A stretch of DNA of 64,000 nucleotides from positions 62,001 through 126,000 of the forward strand of contig JAXGZF010000009.1 of assembly GCA_040771865.1 (NCBI GenBank), in the 5' to 3' direction. Shown piece after piece: positions 28,101-37,287 of the stretch. This DNA is from Desulfobacterales bacterium (GTDB lineage Bacteria; Desulfobacterota; Desulfobacteria; Desulfobacterales; UBA2245). Below the pieces are notes generated by a model. That model worked only from the letters and a program-made list of their open reading frames with translations, was not told where the DNA came from and made no database searches. The stretch's first letter is position 1; every line of letters begins with the position of its first letter. The position numbers were made by a program, and so were the translations under genes.

Positions 28101-28861
28101 CCCGCTTTGTCCCGAAAAAAAAGCGTATATAAAATCAGGCTGTCCGAAGGGAGGTTTTCGACCTTTTTCAGAAGTTCCTCCATCTCGATGTCCTGGAGAA
28201 ACTCAAACCGGACCTTCTCCTGAAACGATGGCGCCAGCTTGATAAAATCGTTATAAATTCTTTTGCCCGTAATGGTGGCGTCGTTGATGACAAAAATGTT
28301 TCGGGTGGATGGATGAAGCTTCAGAGCGACTTCGATGGTTCCTTGAACGTCGATCGTCTCATTGACTCCGGTATAGAGCGTCTGTCCCTTAAGATCGCTC
28401 TCCGTAAAGTAATTGATTCCGCAAAAAACGGTCGGCACTTTTCCGAAAAGATCGTCTCTGTATTTGATCATGAAGTCGAGGGCGTCATTGTCCGAAAGGA
28501 TGATCACATCAAACCGGGCATTCCGGAATTTATGTTTCATCGTGCGGTAAAGCTGCTCGAAATAAGGCTCGTCGCTCACCCACTTGGTGCCCATATATTC
28601 GATGTAAATGGTGAGATCATCTTCGATCGGCGCCAGCGCGGCAAGAATGCCCCGGGTTTCTTCATCGGTCCACTTGTAGCCCTGGTGATAGGAATTGAGG
28701 ATGAGGACGTTTTTCTTGCCGCCGGCGGATACGCCTGCCGTCGGACACAGCGTTGTTATAATAACGGCGAAAAGCAGCAAAGGGTATAAAATTCGATATG
28801 TTCTATGAATAGATATCATAATCCCGGCAACAGATCGTTTCGTAGCGTTTGAGGACCTCAA
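25169..28861 (-). CDS. Hybrid sensor histidine kinase with periplasmic ABC-substrate-binding-like sensor, three PAS domains and a receiver
   Basis: VLILNSYHQGYKWT sensor start; TM helix; PAS repeats; AGGIAHDFNN; MNLCTNA; GTGLGL; IDDE...TDMTMP. The true start may lie a few codons downstream. Confidence 0.92.
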   Translation of the reverse strand: MRSSNATKRSVAGIMISIHRTYRILYPLLLFAVIITTLCPTAGVSAGGKKNVLILNSYHQGYKWTDEETRGILAALAPIEDDLTIYIEYMGTKWVSDEPYFEQLYRTMKHKFRNARFDVIILSDNDALDFMIKYRDDLFGKVPTVFCGINYFTESDLKGQTLYTGVNETIDVQGTIEVALKLHPSTRNIFVINDATITGKRIYNDFIKLAPSFQEKVRFEFLQDIEMEELLKKVENLPSDSLILYTLFFRDKAGKFYEYDESISLIEQRAKVPIYGTWDFSLGYGIVGGLLTSGYDQGRAAGKMALRILRGERIESIPVIMKTQTRYMFDYRQVERFGINLSAIPKESVFINDPASFYEIHKGVLRGILAGMAGLILVVIVLIFNIRRRKIAENELRKARDELEAGVQQRTAELLTANRFLQQEIEEHEQAQVALLESERKLFSIVQGSFIPSFVIDREHRILYWNRAIEELTGLRSEDMVGTSQHWRAFYSEQRPCMADLLVDHTFEAIPRWYAGKASQSSLIEDAYDATDFFPELGDRGKWLRFTASIIKNSEGNIIGATETLEDITERKSAEDQLRTAHQQLKESQQQLADIIDFLPDPTFVINQESRVIAWNQAMEEITGIEASDMMGKDDYEYALPFYGKRRPILIDLILNSDENIEATYSNITRKGLVVAGDSFTPEIKGGRVLFGTASALRDSSGKIVGAIESIRDVTERRRVEEALSQAEEKYRTIFENAIEGIFQTTPDGRFLSANPAFARILGYESPDVLMNSLTDIARQLYVHPENRSELLNLVGLQNVVREFETRFYRKDGSIAWVTLNIRSVCDRSGKLSYYEGTAQDITDRKAIESRLLQVHKLEAIGTLAGGIAHDFNNILAAIIGYTEIAKGKLRQTELQFYLDQVLKSGDRARNLVAQILTFSRQADTDIKPLDIGSLVKEVFKLLRATLPSTVEMRLDISSELYAILADPTQVHQVVMNLCTNAAHAMREKGGMLEVTLDNAEITTEAASLYPDLKPGHYVKLSVSDKGCGIPPEIQERIFDPFFTTKRRGEGTGLGLSVVYGIVKTYGGTIAVQSVPGAGSVFTVFLPAIEHVAKPETSPSDDVPRGSGRILLIDDEDALVDIGREILEELGYEALGTTSSGKALEIFRAQPDRFDLVITDMTMPGMTGADLSKEILKIRPDIPIILCTGFSELISEEEAKKLGIRKFLMKPFTLRSIAGAVRDLLNERKE

Positions 28862-29226
28862 AATCGCCGAATTGCCGCATCAGCGACCAGGTTGAAATTA
28901 TTCTCTTCATTCGAGCAACACATGTATGGCAGGAACCCCTTGAACCCGAGGAGACAACCTGCATGAATACCTAACGACACTCTTCTGAAGTTGCGCAATA
29001 AAACATGACCGGCGAAAATATGCAAGCCGATTTTGTGAAATCGTTCAGCACGGTCATGCTCGATATTTGTACCGCTGCTTTCGAGAATGGAATTCAATAA
29101 ATAGCGTGAAATGCGTCCATAAAAAATACCGCTTTGTTGCGCATGTTGTTTCGAAGAATGATCTTGCAATTTCAAGTAGTCACGGTAACATTTGAATAGT
29201 TTCTAACCGCATGTTCGGCAGACGGG

Positions 29227-29255
29227 TTGACAGGGGCAAAACGAGGCACTATAAG
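29227..29255 (+). promoter_or_regulatory. Sigma70-type promoter upstream of the GNAT gene, embedded in an inverted repeat
   Basis: TTGACA (29227-29232), 17-nt spacer, TATAAG (29250-29255). Confidence 0.65.
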
Positions 29256-29471
29256 AATCAGGGCTTCAGGCATCCGCTTTGATCGGTGCTTTTGCCCCGT
29301 GCGGACTGCGCCCGTCAGGGAATTGTCGATAAACACATGTTTTTTTGAGGTCGAGGCAGGCCCGAACGATCCGTCGAAGCCAAGGATGTTTGACGCCTGC
29401 AGTGACCCGTTTTTTTCAAGAACAGGCCCAATCTTTTCGAATCATAACCTTCCTTTTCAGCGAGAACCGGC

Positions 29472-30479
29472 ATGCCCAAATTATACATCAAGGAATATCA
29501 GAAAGCGCTTGTCGGCAAAACCTTGCTGATCGCCTGCCGTGAAGGGATTCTTCGGGATCATTTTTCCCATATTATCGAAGACATTCGCTTTTTGGACCGG
29601 CAGGGGGTTGACACGATTTTTCTTCACAACCTGTCCAACCGGTTTGCCAACCAGAAGCATTTCAGCCGTTTGTCCTTCAAACTCTTCAACACCCGGGTCG
29701 TGCGCATTCCCAGCGACCGGGATTTTTATGAATGCGTGCTGAATTACCCGGCCCGGGTTTCCAAGATCATTTTTCTCGAACGAAAATACCTGATCGGACC
29801 CAATGGTCTCAGGATCAATTCCCTGTCCACCCAGAAGGCCCGCCAGGGCAATTTCACCTACGGGGACCTGATCGGAAACCTGAATTTCAAGCGGATCATC
29901 GAACAGGTCTGCCAGAAAATCGAGTCCAACGAAATCGAACGCGTGCATATTCTGCCTGCCGGAAAGCATGCCATCAAGCACGAACTGTTTACCATCGAGG
30001 GAACGGGCACGCTGATCGCCAACAATTTCGTGGAAACCTTCGAGCCCGTTCGAACCGACGAGGATCTGCAGATGGTTTCGCACATTCTGACGATCTGCCA
30101 CAAGGAAGGATATCTGAAACAGCGTTCAAAGCAATACGTCGAAGCGCACCGCCAGAACTTTTTTACCGCCAAGATCGACGGCATCATCGTGGGCTGCACG
30201 GAAAAAATCCTGATCGATGAAGACACCGTGGAGCTTGGCGCCCTGGCGATTTCGACAAAATTCCGAAATCAGCAGATCGGTTTACTGCTGATCCGTTCGT
30301 TCATAGAGGAAATGGAAAAGCAGGGATATAAAACGATCATTTCGCTGACCAACAACCCGAAACTCAAAGATCTGTATCTCTCTCTGGGTTTTGAACAAAA
30401 AAGTCCGGCGGCATATCGACAGCGCCAGGAGCAATCGCCCGGAGTCACCATGTATCACCGGAGTCTGAAAAACGTTTGA
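29472..30479 (+). CDS. ArgA-like GNAT N-acetyltransferase with a reduced amino-acid-kinase-like N-domain
   Basis: RVHIL......ELFTIEGTGTLI (end of the ArgA AAK domain); G.LKQRS, IDGIIVGC, ELGALAI..KFRNQQIG GNAT motif A. Confidence 0.75.
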   Translation: MPKLYIKEYQKALVGKTLLIACREGILRDHFSHIIEDIRFLDRQGVDTIFLHNLSNRFANQKHFSRLSFKLFNTRVVRIPSDRDFYECVLNYPARVSKIIFLERKYLIGPNGLRINSLSTQKARQGNFTYGDLIGNLNFKRIIEQVCQKIESNEIERVHILPAGKHAIKHELFTIEGTGTLIANNFVETFEPVRTDEDLQMVSHILTICHKEGYLKQRSKQYVEAHRQNFFTAKIDGIIVGCTEKILIDEDTVELGALAISTKFRNQQIGLLLIRSFIEEMEKQGYKTIISLTNNPKLKDLYLSLGFEQKSPAAYRQRQEQSPGVTMYHRSLKNV

Positions 30480-30487
30480 GAAAAAAT

Positions 30488-31306
30488 ATGAACTCAACAA
30501 GATCCGCCGCCCCTCAAATGGAACGTCTGTTCTTTCAGGCGGCCAACCTGTGGGCAAAGGCCATCCCCCGGGAAGCGCCTTCGAATGAAAGACTCAGGTC
30601 CTGTAAGCTGATCGCCCACCGAGGCGTGCATGACAGCGCCGTTCTGGAAAACTCCCTGAATGCCTTTGACCGGGCGCTATCTCTCGGAATCTGGGGCATT
30701 GAGCTGGACATCCGGTGGACCCGGGACATGGCGCCGGTGGTGATTCATGATCCGGACTGCAACAGAGTCCATGCAAGGGATATCGTTATTGCCGAAACCT
30801 TGCTCGACGAACTGAAAGAATCCCTGCCGGAAATACCGACCCTTGAGCAGGTGATTCTTCGCTACGGCCGCAAACTGCATCTGATGGCGGAAATCAAAAA
30901 CGATGCCCTCAAGGACCCGAAGCGGCAGAACAGCATTCTGGCCGAGCTGTTTTCAGGGCTAACACCGGGAAGGGATTTTCATCTGATCAGCCTCAATCCG
31001 AAGAATTTTGACTGCCTGACCTTTGCGCCCCGGTCCTGTCTGCTTCCGATCGCACGGCACAACGCCGGCAGGCTCAGCCGTTTGGCCATTGAAAAAGCTT
31101 ACGGAGGACTGACCGGCCATTTTGTCCTGATCGACAAAAAAACGATCCGGCACCATCATGACCGCGGCCAGAAGATCGGAACCGGGTTCGTCAATTCCCG
31201 AAATGCGCTGTTCCGGGAAATCAGCCGGGGAGTGGACTGGATATTTTCCGACTGCGCCGATAAGATTCAACAGATCATCGATCAGCGCACTGCCCCGCCC
31301 GTCTGA
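30488..31306 (+). CDS. Glycerophosphodiester phosphodiesterase family protein
   Basis: IAHRG...ENSLNAF, GIELDIRWTRD..PVVIHD, IPTLEQV, EIK, GVDWIFSD. Confidence 0.9.
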   Translation: MNSTRSAAPQMERLFFQAANLWAKAIPREAPSNERLRSCKLIAHRGVHDSAVLENSLNAFDRALSLGIWGIELDIRWTRDMAPVVIHDPDCNRVHARDIVIAETLLDELKESLPEIPTLEQVILRYGRKLHLMAEIKNDALKDPKRQNSILAELFSGLTPGRDFHLISLNPKNFDCLTFAPRSCLLPIARHNAGRLSRLAIEKAYGGLTGHFVLIDKKTIRHHHDRGQKIGTGFVNSRNALFREISRGVDWIFSDCADKIQQIIDQRTAPPV

Positions 31307-32643
31307 GAAGCATTTGCCGTAAAATCTTCCAGCTCCCGCCGGCCCCTGCCTTCATCCACCATCATCAGAAGTCCGGTCCCGATCACAAACAGAATCAGCA
31401 CCGAGGCAATGGACCATCGAGACGCCAGGCGCCCGACCTCGGCAAGCTGCTGAACGGTCGGATTTTCGGGCATCAACAGCCGTCTCACCGCAAGTCCGAT
31501 GGTGGCCATGAGCGCGGGACCGACAATGGCGGAAAACTTCCCCATCATGTTGTAAAATCCATAAAACTCCGCTGCCTGGTCTTTTGGAATCAGCCGGGAA
31601 TAATACGAACGGCTCAGGGCCTGAACCCCGCCCTGAACCAGCCCGATCATCACCGCAAGTCCGTAGAAACTGGCACGCGTGGTCATCAGGCTGCCCCATA
31701 CGGTGACCCCCATGTAGATCGCAATGCCGAGAAATATGGATTTTTTCGCTCCCCAGCGCTGGCCGAGCCTGCCGAAACCCAGGGCGGCCGGAAAGCCAAC
31801 GAACTGGACCAGCAGAAGCGACAGAATCAGATCCTGCGGGGTGAAACCCAGAGACAGCCCGTAGTCCACCGCCATGCGGATAATGGTGTCCACGCCGTCA
31901 ATGTAAAACCAGTAGGCCAGCAGGAAGAGACCCGCGGTTTTCAGGCGGCGGATTTTGGACAGCGTGGTCCGCAGCTGCCGCACTCCCTTGGCAAAACGGT
32001 TGCGTACAGGCGCCCTTTCGATCGTGCCCGTCTCTCTGATCCATGCAAGGGGAAACAGGCAGAATCCGGCCCACCACAGGGCGACGGACAAAAAGGAAAA
32101 GCCCACGGCGGCACCGGCATCGGGAAGGTTGAACCGTTCCGGGAACAGCACCATCAGCACATTGATCGTAAACAGAATGCCGCCGCCCAGATACCCCATG
32201 GAATATCCGAGCCCGGACACAAAATCCACGGATCCCTCGTCGGAAACAGCCGGAAGCAGCGCGTCATAGAAGATGTTGGCGCCGGCAAATCCCACGACGG
32301 CAAGCCCGTAAGCCAGAAGGGCAAGATGCCACTGGTTTCGCCCAATCCAGAAAAGGGCCGCGGTCATCAATGCGCCGAAATAAGCAAATGTCAGCATAAA
32401 CCGTTTCCGTGATCCGCCCAGATCCGCCATGGCCCCCAGGACGGGCGCCATCAGGGCGATCAGAATGCCGGCAACCGCATTGCCGTATCCCAGCCGGGCC
32501 GAACTCAGGTTCACATCCACCCCGGCATTCCAGTACTGTTTGAAATAAATGGGGAAAAAGCCGGCCATCACCGTGGTGGCAAACGCCGAGTTGGCCCAGT
32601 CGTAAAGGGCCCAGCCCCAGATGGATTTTTTAGATGGATTCAA
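31282..32643 (-). CDS. MFS transporter (UMF1/Atg22-like)
   Basis: WALYDWANSAF, NIFYDALL, GYSMGYLGG, FYIDGVDT, QALSRSYY..LIP, EFYGFY. Confidence 0.9.
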   Translation of the reverse strand: MNPSKKSIWGWALYDWANSAFATTVMAGFFPIYFKQYWNAGVDVNLSSARLGYGNAVAGILIALMAPVLGAMADLGGSRKRFMLTFAYFGALMTAALFWIGRNQWHLALLAYGLAVVGFAGANIFYDALLPAVSDEGSVDFVSGLGYSMGYLGGGILFTINVLMVLFPERFNLPDAGAAVGFSFLSVALWWAGFCLFPLAWIRETGTIERAPVRNRFAKGVRQLRTTLSKIRRLKTAGLFLLAYWFYIDGVDTIIRMAVDYGLSLGFTPQDLILSLLLVQFVGFPAALGFGRLGQRWGAKKSIFLGIAIYMGVTVWGSLMTTRASFYGLAVMIGLVQGGVQALSRSYYSRLIPKDQAAEFYGFYNMMGKFSAIVGPALMATIGLAVRRLLMPENPTVQQLAEVGRLASRWSIASVLILFVIGTGLLMMVDEGRGRRELEDFTANASQTGGAVR

Positions 32644-32816
32644 GGTCCGCCGTCCCTGCAGATGCGTTGCACGCAGCTTTTAAGTTTTTGTTGCATATCC
32701 GGCAGATCCTATTATCATACTGCCGAAGGCGCTTCAATGCGATTGAGCGGCGCCGCGGCAGCCGTAAAGAGTTGGCATTTTTGCATCGATGATTCATAAA
32801 ACCCGACAGGCGCAGA

Positions 32817-33524
32817 TTGATGAACCCAAACAAAATTCCACCCAAAGCCGTGGTGCTTTCCAGCGGAGGTCTGGATTCAACCACGGTCATGGCCATCGCT
32901 CAAAGCCGGGGGTTTGAGCTTTTCAGCCTGAGTTTCGATTACGGCCAGCGGCATGTATTTGAACTCAAGGCCGCTGAAAAGGTGGCTCAATTCTTCCGGG
33001 TCAAAAAGCATCTGGTTTGCCGCCTGGACCTGAACAAGATCGGCGGTTCGGCCCTGACCGACAATATTCAGGTTCCCAAACAAAGGGATATTCGGAACAT
33101 GTCCGGTGAAATTCCCGTGACCTATGTTCCGGCCCGCAATACGATCTTTCTCGCCCACGCCCTGGCCTGGGCCGAGGTGATCGAGGCGTCGGACATCTTT
33201 ATCGGCGTCAATGCCGTGGATTACAGCGGCTATCCGGACTGCCGGCCGGAATACCTTCGAGCCTTTGAGGCAATGGCCCGGCTGGCGACCAAGACGGGTG
33301 TCACCGGAAAGACGTCGATTCGAATTCAGGCGCCCCTTCTGTTTCTCAGCAAGGCGCAGATCATTCAAACGGGAATATCCCTTGGCGTGGACTATTCCCT
33401 GACGCACAGCTGCTATGATCCGACGCCGGACGGCAGGGCCTGCGGGCAGTGCGACAGCTGCATGCTTCGAAAAAAAGGCTTTGCCGAGGCGGGCATTGTG
33501 GATCCGATCCCCTATGCCTGCTGA
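32817..33524 (+). CDS. queC: 7-cyano-7-deazaguanine synthase
   Basis: [39 protein letters not shown]...CGQCDSC. Confidence 0.95.
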   Translation: MMNPNKIPPKAVVLSSGGLDSTTVMAIAQSRGFELFSLSFDYGQRHVFELKAAEKVAQFFRVKKHLVCRLDLNKIGGSALTDNIQVPKQRDIRNMSGEIPVTYVPARNTIFLAHALAWAEVIEASDIFIGVNAVDYSGYPDCRPEYLRAFEAMARLATKTGVTGKTSIRIQAPLLFLSKAQIIQTGISLGVDYSLTHSCYDPTPDGRACGQCDSCMLRKKGFAEAGIVDPIPYAC

Positions 33525-33534
33525 ACCCGCGCCT

Positions 33535-33981
33535 TTATCGGCCGCGCTTTTCCATCAAAACCTGGTAGGCGTGTTGAATTCTCTTGAATTTGTGTTCGGC
33601 AAGTCTTTGAAATTCATCGCCCAGATGAAGCACCTTGTCCGGGTGATACATGTTGGCCAGCCGGCGGTAGGCCTGCCGAATCTCATCCTCGGAGGCCCCC
33701 GGCGCAAGGCCGAGAATCTGAAACGGGTCCTGGGACTCATCTTCGGAACGGGCTTGCGCATTTTCCTGAAAAGATTCACCCGCCCGGCGTCCGGCACCCT
33801 GACTTCCGGTGTTCGAGCCTTTTGCCCGCGCTGAAAACACATACCGCCAGAGAAGCCAGATAATGATCAGATCGTCGATCCAGCCCCGGCCGATGAAAAA
33901 ATCCGGAAGCAGATCATAGGGACACAGCACATAGCCGATTCCCAGAACAGATAAGATGATTTTTTTGATCAGCATGGTCAA
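33535..33981 (-). CDS. DUF1232 (YkvA)-anchored DnaJ-domain protein
   Basis: [19 protein letters not shown]-terminus; DjlA-like J domain with HPD motif. Confidence 0.85.
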   Translation of the reverse strand: MTMLIKKIILSVLGIGYVLCPYDLLPDFFIGRGWIDDLIIIWLLWRYVFSARAKGSNTGSQGAGRRAGESFQENAQARSEDESQDPFQILGLAPGASEDEIRQAYRRLANMYHPDKVLHLGDEFQRLAEHKFKRIQHAYQVLMEKRGR

Positions 33982-34049
33982 AAGGCCGGCAAATTGTCTT
34001 CGACGAAGTTCATCTTCCCGAGTCGAGCCTTGCGCCGTTATTCACAAGT

Positions 34050-34841
34050 TCACCGTTCTATTTCAACTCCTACCGGGCAATGATCCGAACCCGGAATTTC
34101 ATCACAGATAAAAGCGCTTCGAATCCGGTTCGCTTCGATCATGTTCCGGCTGACAAAGACGTAATCGATCCGCCACCCGATGTTCTTGGCTCTGGCGTTG
34201 AACCGGTACGACCACCAGGAATACCGGACCTCGCCGGGATGAAAATGCCGGAAGACATCCACAAATCCGTCCGCAATGATCTGATCCATCCAGTCCCGTT
34301 CGATTCTCAGAAATCCCGAATACTTTTCGTTGGCTTTGGGGTTTTTCAGATCGATCTCATTGTGGGCCGTGTTGAAATCGCCGACAATGACCAGGTTTCT
34401 GCCCGCTGATTTCAGCCGGCCGACATGATCGAAAAAATCCCTATAAAAATCGAGCTTGTACGCAAGACGCTCCGGACTCATTTTGCCGTTGGGAAAATAT
34501 ACGTTAAACACCGTGAAGTCGTCAAATACAAGCTCCAGAATGCGCCCCTCGTCGTCATAACGCGGAATGCCGATCCCGTGCCGGACCTCGATCGGATTCA
34601 TGCGGGTGTATGCGGCAACCCCGCTGTAGCCTTTTTTGACCGCGCAGTGCGAGGCAAAGGCCTGATACCCTTCGAATTCCTTCATCGGCCCGACAAACTG
34701 AGGCACCTGAAGCTTGGTTTCCTGAATGGCCAGAATATCTGCGTTCAGGCTTTCAAGGCTTTGTGAAAACTCCTTCTGCATCACCGACCGAAGGCCGTTG
34801 ACATTCCATGAGATCACACGGACGGGTTTTTGCTCAGGCAT
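34050..34841 (-). CDS. xth: Exodeoxyribonuclease III (AP endonuclease)
   Basis: ISWNVNGLRS, QETK, KKGYSGV, YFPNG, GDFNTAH.EID, GWRIDY, SDHCP. Confidence 0.95.
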   Translation of the reverse strand: MPEQKPVRVISWNVNGLRSVMQKEFSQSLESLNADILAIQETKLQVPQFVGPMKEFEGYQAFASHCAVKKGYSGVAAYTRMNPIEVRHGIGIPRYDDEGRILELVFDDFTVFNVYFPNGKMSPERLAYKLDFYRDFFDHVGRLKSAGRNLVIVGDFNTAHNEIDLKNPKANEKYSGFLRIERDWMDQIIADGFVDVFRHFHPGEVRYSWWSYRFNARAKNIGWRIDYVFVSRNMIEANRIRSAFICDEIPGSDHCPVGVEIER

Positions 34842-34859
34842 CTGTTCTCCTTGATTCGG

Positions 34860-35552
34860 TTATCGAGACCGGTTCACATTCACTCTCGGGCACATGCCGG
34901 CAACCGGACACCGGCTGCACCAGGGGGATACCGGCCGGCAGACGGTCTGACCGAAGGCCACGAGAAGCTCGTTGTACCGGATCCAGTATGGATGGGGCAG
35001 TTTGCTGCGCAGGGCCTGTTCGGTCTGATCCGGGGTACGGGTTTTCACATACCCGATCCGGTTGCTGATCCGGTGGACATGGGTGTCCACACAGACCGCC
35101 GGCTGCCCCCAGCCCTCAATCATCACCAGATTGGCGGTTTTTCGGCCGACGCCGGGCAGTTCCAGAAGCGCCTCCAGTGTGTCGGGCACGCGGCCCTGGT
35201 GTTTTTCGATCAGAATCCGGCTGATCTGCTGCAACCGCCTGGCCTTGGTCGGATAAAACCCCACCGGGTAGATCAGTTTCTCGAGCCTTTCGACATCCAT
35301 TCCAAGAATCTGATGCGGGGTTTTCGCCTCGGCAAACAGCCTCTCGGAGGCCTTTAAGGTGACCTCGTCCTTGGTGCGAAGGGAGAGGATTGTGGATACG
35401 AGGATTTCAAAGGCGGAACGGCCCCGTCCGGCCATCAGGGTGACCACTGGCGCGTTCCATTCCGGATAGTGTTCGGTCAGCGTTTCCATGAACCGGTCGA
35501 TATCGAGACTCTTTTCCGAAGCCGGAGACCGTGGGGTATCCATTGTATTCAT
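34860..35552 (-). CDS. nth: Endonuclease III
   Basis: ILSLRTKD, HhH LPGVGRKTANLV, VDTHVHRI, 4Fe-4S motif CRPVSPWCSRCPVAGMC. Start moved to ATG 35552 (AAGGGA RBS). Confidence 0.92.
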   Translation of the reverse strand: MNTMDTPRSPASEKSLDIDRFMETLTEHYPEWNAPVVTLMAGRGRSAFEILVSTILSLRTKDEVTLKASERLFAEAKTPHQILGMDVERLEKLIYPVGFYPTKARRLQQISRILIEKHQGRVPDTLEALLELPGVGRKTANLVMIEGWGQPAVCVDTHVHRISNRIGYVKTRTPDQTEQALRSKLPHPYWIRYNELLVAFGQTVCRPVSPWCSRCPVAGMCPRVNVNRSR

Positions 35553-35691
35553 CTGACTGTAATCCCTTGCATTCATTTCAGACTTGCAGACACTAATCAC
35601 AAAACTGGGCCGGCGGTCAACCGGTTTCATCCGCGGGATGACTCCGCAACACATCGCGCCGGATTGATACTCCGCAAGCATGCCATGTATC

Positions 35692-35727
35692 AAAAAAAGA
35701 ACGGCTCTCAACAAAGCAGAGCCGTTC
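35692..35727 (-). terminator. Intrinsic terminator of the rubrerythrin gene
   Basis: Perfect 10-bp stem GAACGGCTCT/AGAGCCGTTC followed on minus by a 7-U tract. Confidence 0.85.
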
Positions 35728-35754
35728 CCCTGTCGTTATGCCTTGATATTCGAA

Positions 35755-36255
35755 TCAGGCGACTTCGAAAAAGGCCTTGGCCTTGGCGCCGCATACCGGG
35801 CAGGTTTCCGGCGCATGACCTTCGCAGGTATAGCCGCAGACCGAGCACACATAATAATTTGTCTCCGGCAGCGCTTTCATGTTGTCGAGGGCCTTTTGAT
35901 AGAGCTGAGCATGTATCTTTTCTACCGCGTTGGCAAAGGTGAAACTCCGCTCGGCAGCCTTTTTCCCCTCGGCCTTGGCCGCTTCGATCATGCCGGGGTA
36001 CATTTCCTTGAATTCATGAATCTCGCCGCTGACGGCATCCCGAAGGTTGTCCGCAGTCGAACCGATGGCGCCCAAGGCTCTGAGATGGGCGTGGGCATGG
36101 ACGGTTTCGGCTTCGGCGGCGGCCCGGAACAGTCTGGCGACCTGAAGATAGCCCTCTTTATCCGCCTGAGCGGCAAACGCAAGGTATTTCCGGTTGGCCT
36201 GAGATTCTCCTGCAAAAGCTTCCCACAGATTTTTTTCCGTTTCTTTCATCAGCAT
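35755..36255 (-). CDS. rbr: Rubrerythrin
   Basis: AFAGESQANRKY, EAETVHA, GEIHE, VEKIH diiron motifs; C-terminal CSVCGY...CPVCG rubredoxin site. Confidence 0.95.
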   Translation of the reverse strand: MLMKETEKNLWEAFAGESQANRKYLAFAAQADKEGYLQVARLFRAAAEAETVHAHAHLRALGAIGSTADNLRDAVSGEIHEFKEMYPGMIEAAKAEGKKAAERSFTFANAVEKIHAQLYQKALDNMKALPETNYYVCSVCGYTCEGHAPETCPVCGAKAKAFFEVA

Positions 36256-36382
36256 TCTCCTTTTTTTTCGGCCGCTGGCGATACGATCCGTCCAGGGCGC
36301 TTCAAGACTGAAATGAGGTTAAATAGACTCAAAACCGACAACAACGGGGATCAATGGCTGGGAAATCACCTTCTGCCTTTAT

Positions 36383-36525
36383 CAGGCTGTTGAAAAACTG
36401 CGTCTGAGGCCGCCATTCAGCGTTGCGCGGCTCTCGCCAATGCTCACATATGCTTGAATATGCTGCGCTTGTCGTATCGCCGCGCGCCTTGCCTGACGGC
36501 CTGATCCTTGTTTTTCAACACCCTG
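36383..36525 (+). mobile_element. MITE copy 2 (143 bp)
   Basis: Same TIRs as copy 1; TTAT on both flanks; abuts the Nudix stop codon. Confidence 0.85.
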
Positions 36526-37083
36526 TTATTCAGGCAAAAGCATATTCGACTCGGCGCCGCACGCCTTGAGCCAGGCTTTCAATCTTCCGGAACTCATGTA
36601 TGCATCTATCTTGTAACATACAAAACGGTCGGTTGGAAAAGCCATTTCCGCCGGCAGTCCTTTCAAAGGAAAAAATCTTGCCTCCTGAGCGTCCGTGCCG
36701 GGCTGAAGGCGCCCTCCGGTGCATTCAGACCAGAACCAGACGCCGACAGTCTGCTTCGCAGGATCATGAAAATTTGAATGCGCGTCGATGACCGGACCCA
36801 GTGCGACATCAAGCCCGGTTTCCTCCCTGAATTCACGCACACCCGCCAGACGGATGTCTTCATCCCATTCCACATGACCGCAGGGAATGCACCACATGCC
36901 GGCATAGGAACCGTTGCGCCGGACTAGCAGAATACGATTCGACCGCATCAGAACCACGGCCACGCCCACGGTGGGATTCCGGTAAAAAAGCTGACGGCAC
37001 CGGGGACAGTAGGGCCTTATTTTTCCGTCCTTGTCCATCGGTTGCAGCTGCTGTGCGCAGAGTGGACAAAATTTGAAATGCAT
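36526..37083 (-). CDS. Nudix hydrolase with N-terminal zinc ribbon
   Basis: FCPLC...CPRC ribbon; YRNP; Nudix box GHVEWDE....[11 protein letters not shown]. Confidence 0.9.
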   Translation of the reverse strand: MHFKFCPLCAQQLQPMDKDGKIRPYCPRCRQLFYRNPTVGVAVVLMRSNRILLVRRNGSYAGMWCIPCGHVEWDEDIRLAGVREFREETGLDVALGPVIDAHSNFHDPAKQTVGVWFWSECTGGRLQPGTDAQEARFFPLKGLPAEMAFPTDRFVCYKIDAYMSSGRLKAWLKACGAESNMLLPE

Positions 37084-37137
37084 TATCTGTGTACCCATCA
37101 AGTTCATTGTCAATTTCATTGAATATGATTAGAATAA

Positions 37138-37166
37138 AAAACACTTGGAAAAACATCAAGTGTTTT
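37138..37166. promoter_or_regulatory. Perfect inverted repeat (candidate operator) in the divergent Nudix/TauE intergenic region
   Basis: AAAACACTTG-N9-CAAGTGTTTT; extended -10 TGTTATAAT at 37225-37233. Confidence 0.5.
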
Positions 37167-37287
37167 GGGGTATAAGCAGGAGCAATACGCTTCTTTAAAC
37201 CGTTGAAAATAAATCTTAACTATTTGTTATAATTTTATTTTCTTATTATCCCGCATTAGGATTTGAACGCAACTAGGAATTCAACGC

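Noticed and set aside
28858..29175. 105-aa ORF upstream of the large kinase
   Set aside because: AT-rich with a TTG start and no motif; more likely promoter DNA.
32817..33524. QueC as part of a defence or DNA-modification system (QatC/Dpd)
   Set aside because: Ordinary length and motifs for queuosine-pathway QueC, with no qat or dpd neighbours.
35672..35686. TGGCATGCTTGC on minus as a sigma54 promoter for nth
   Set aside because: GG-to-GC spacing is 7 nt, not the required 10.
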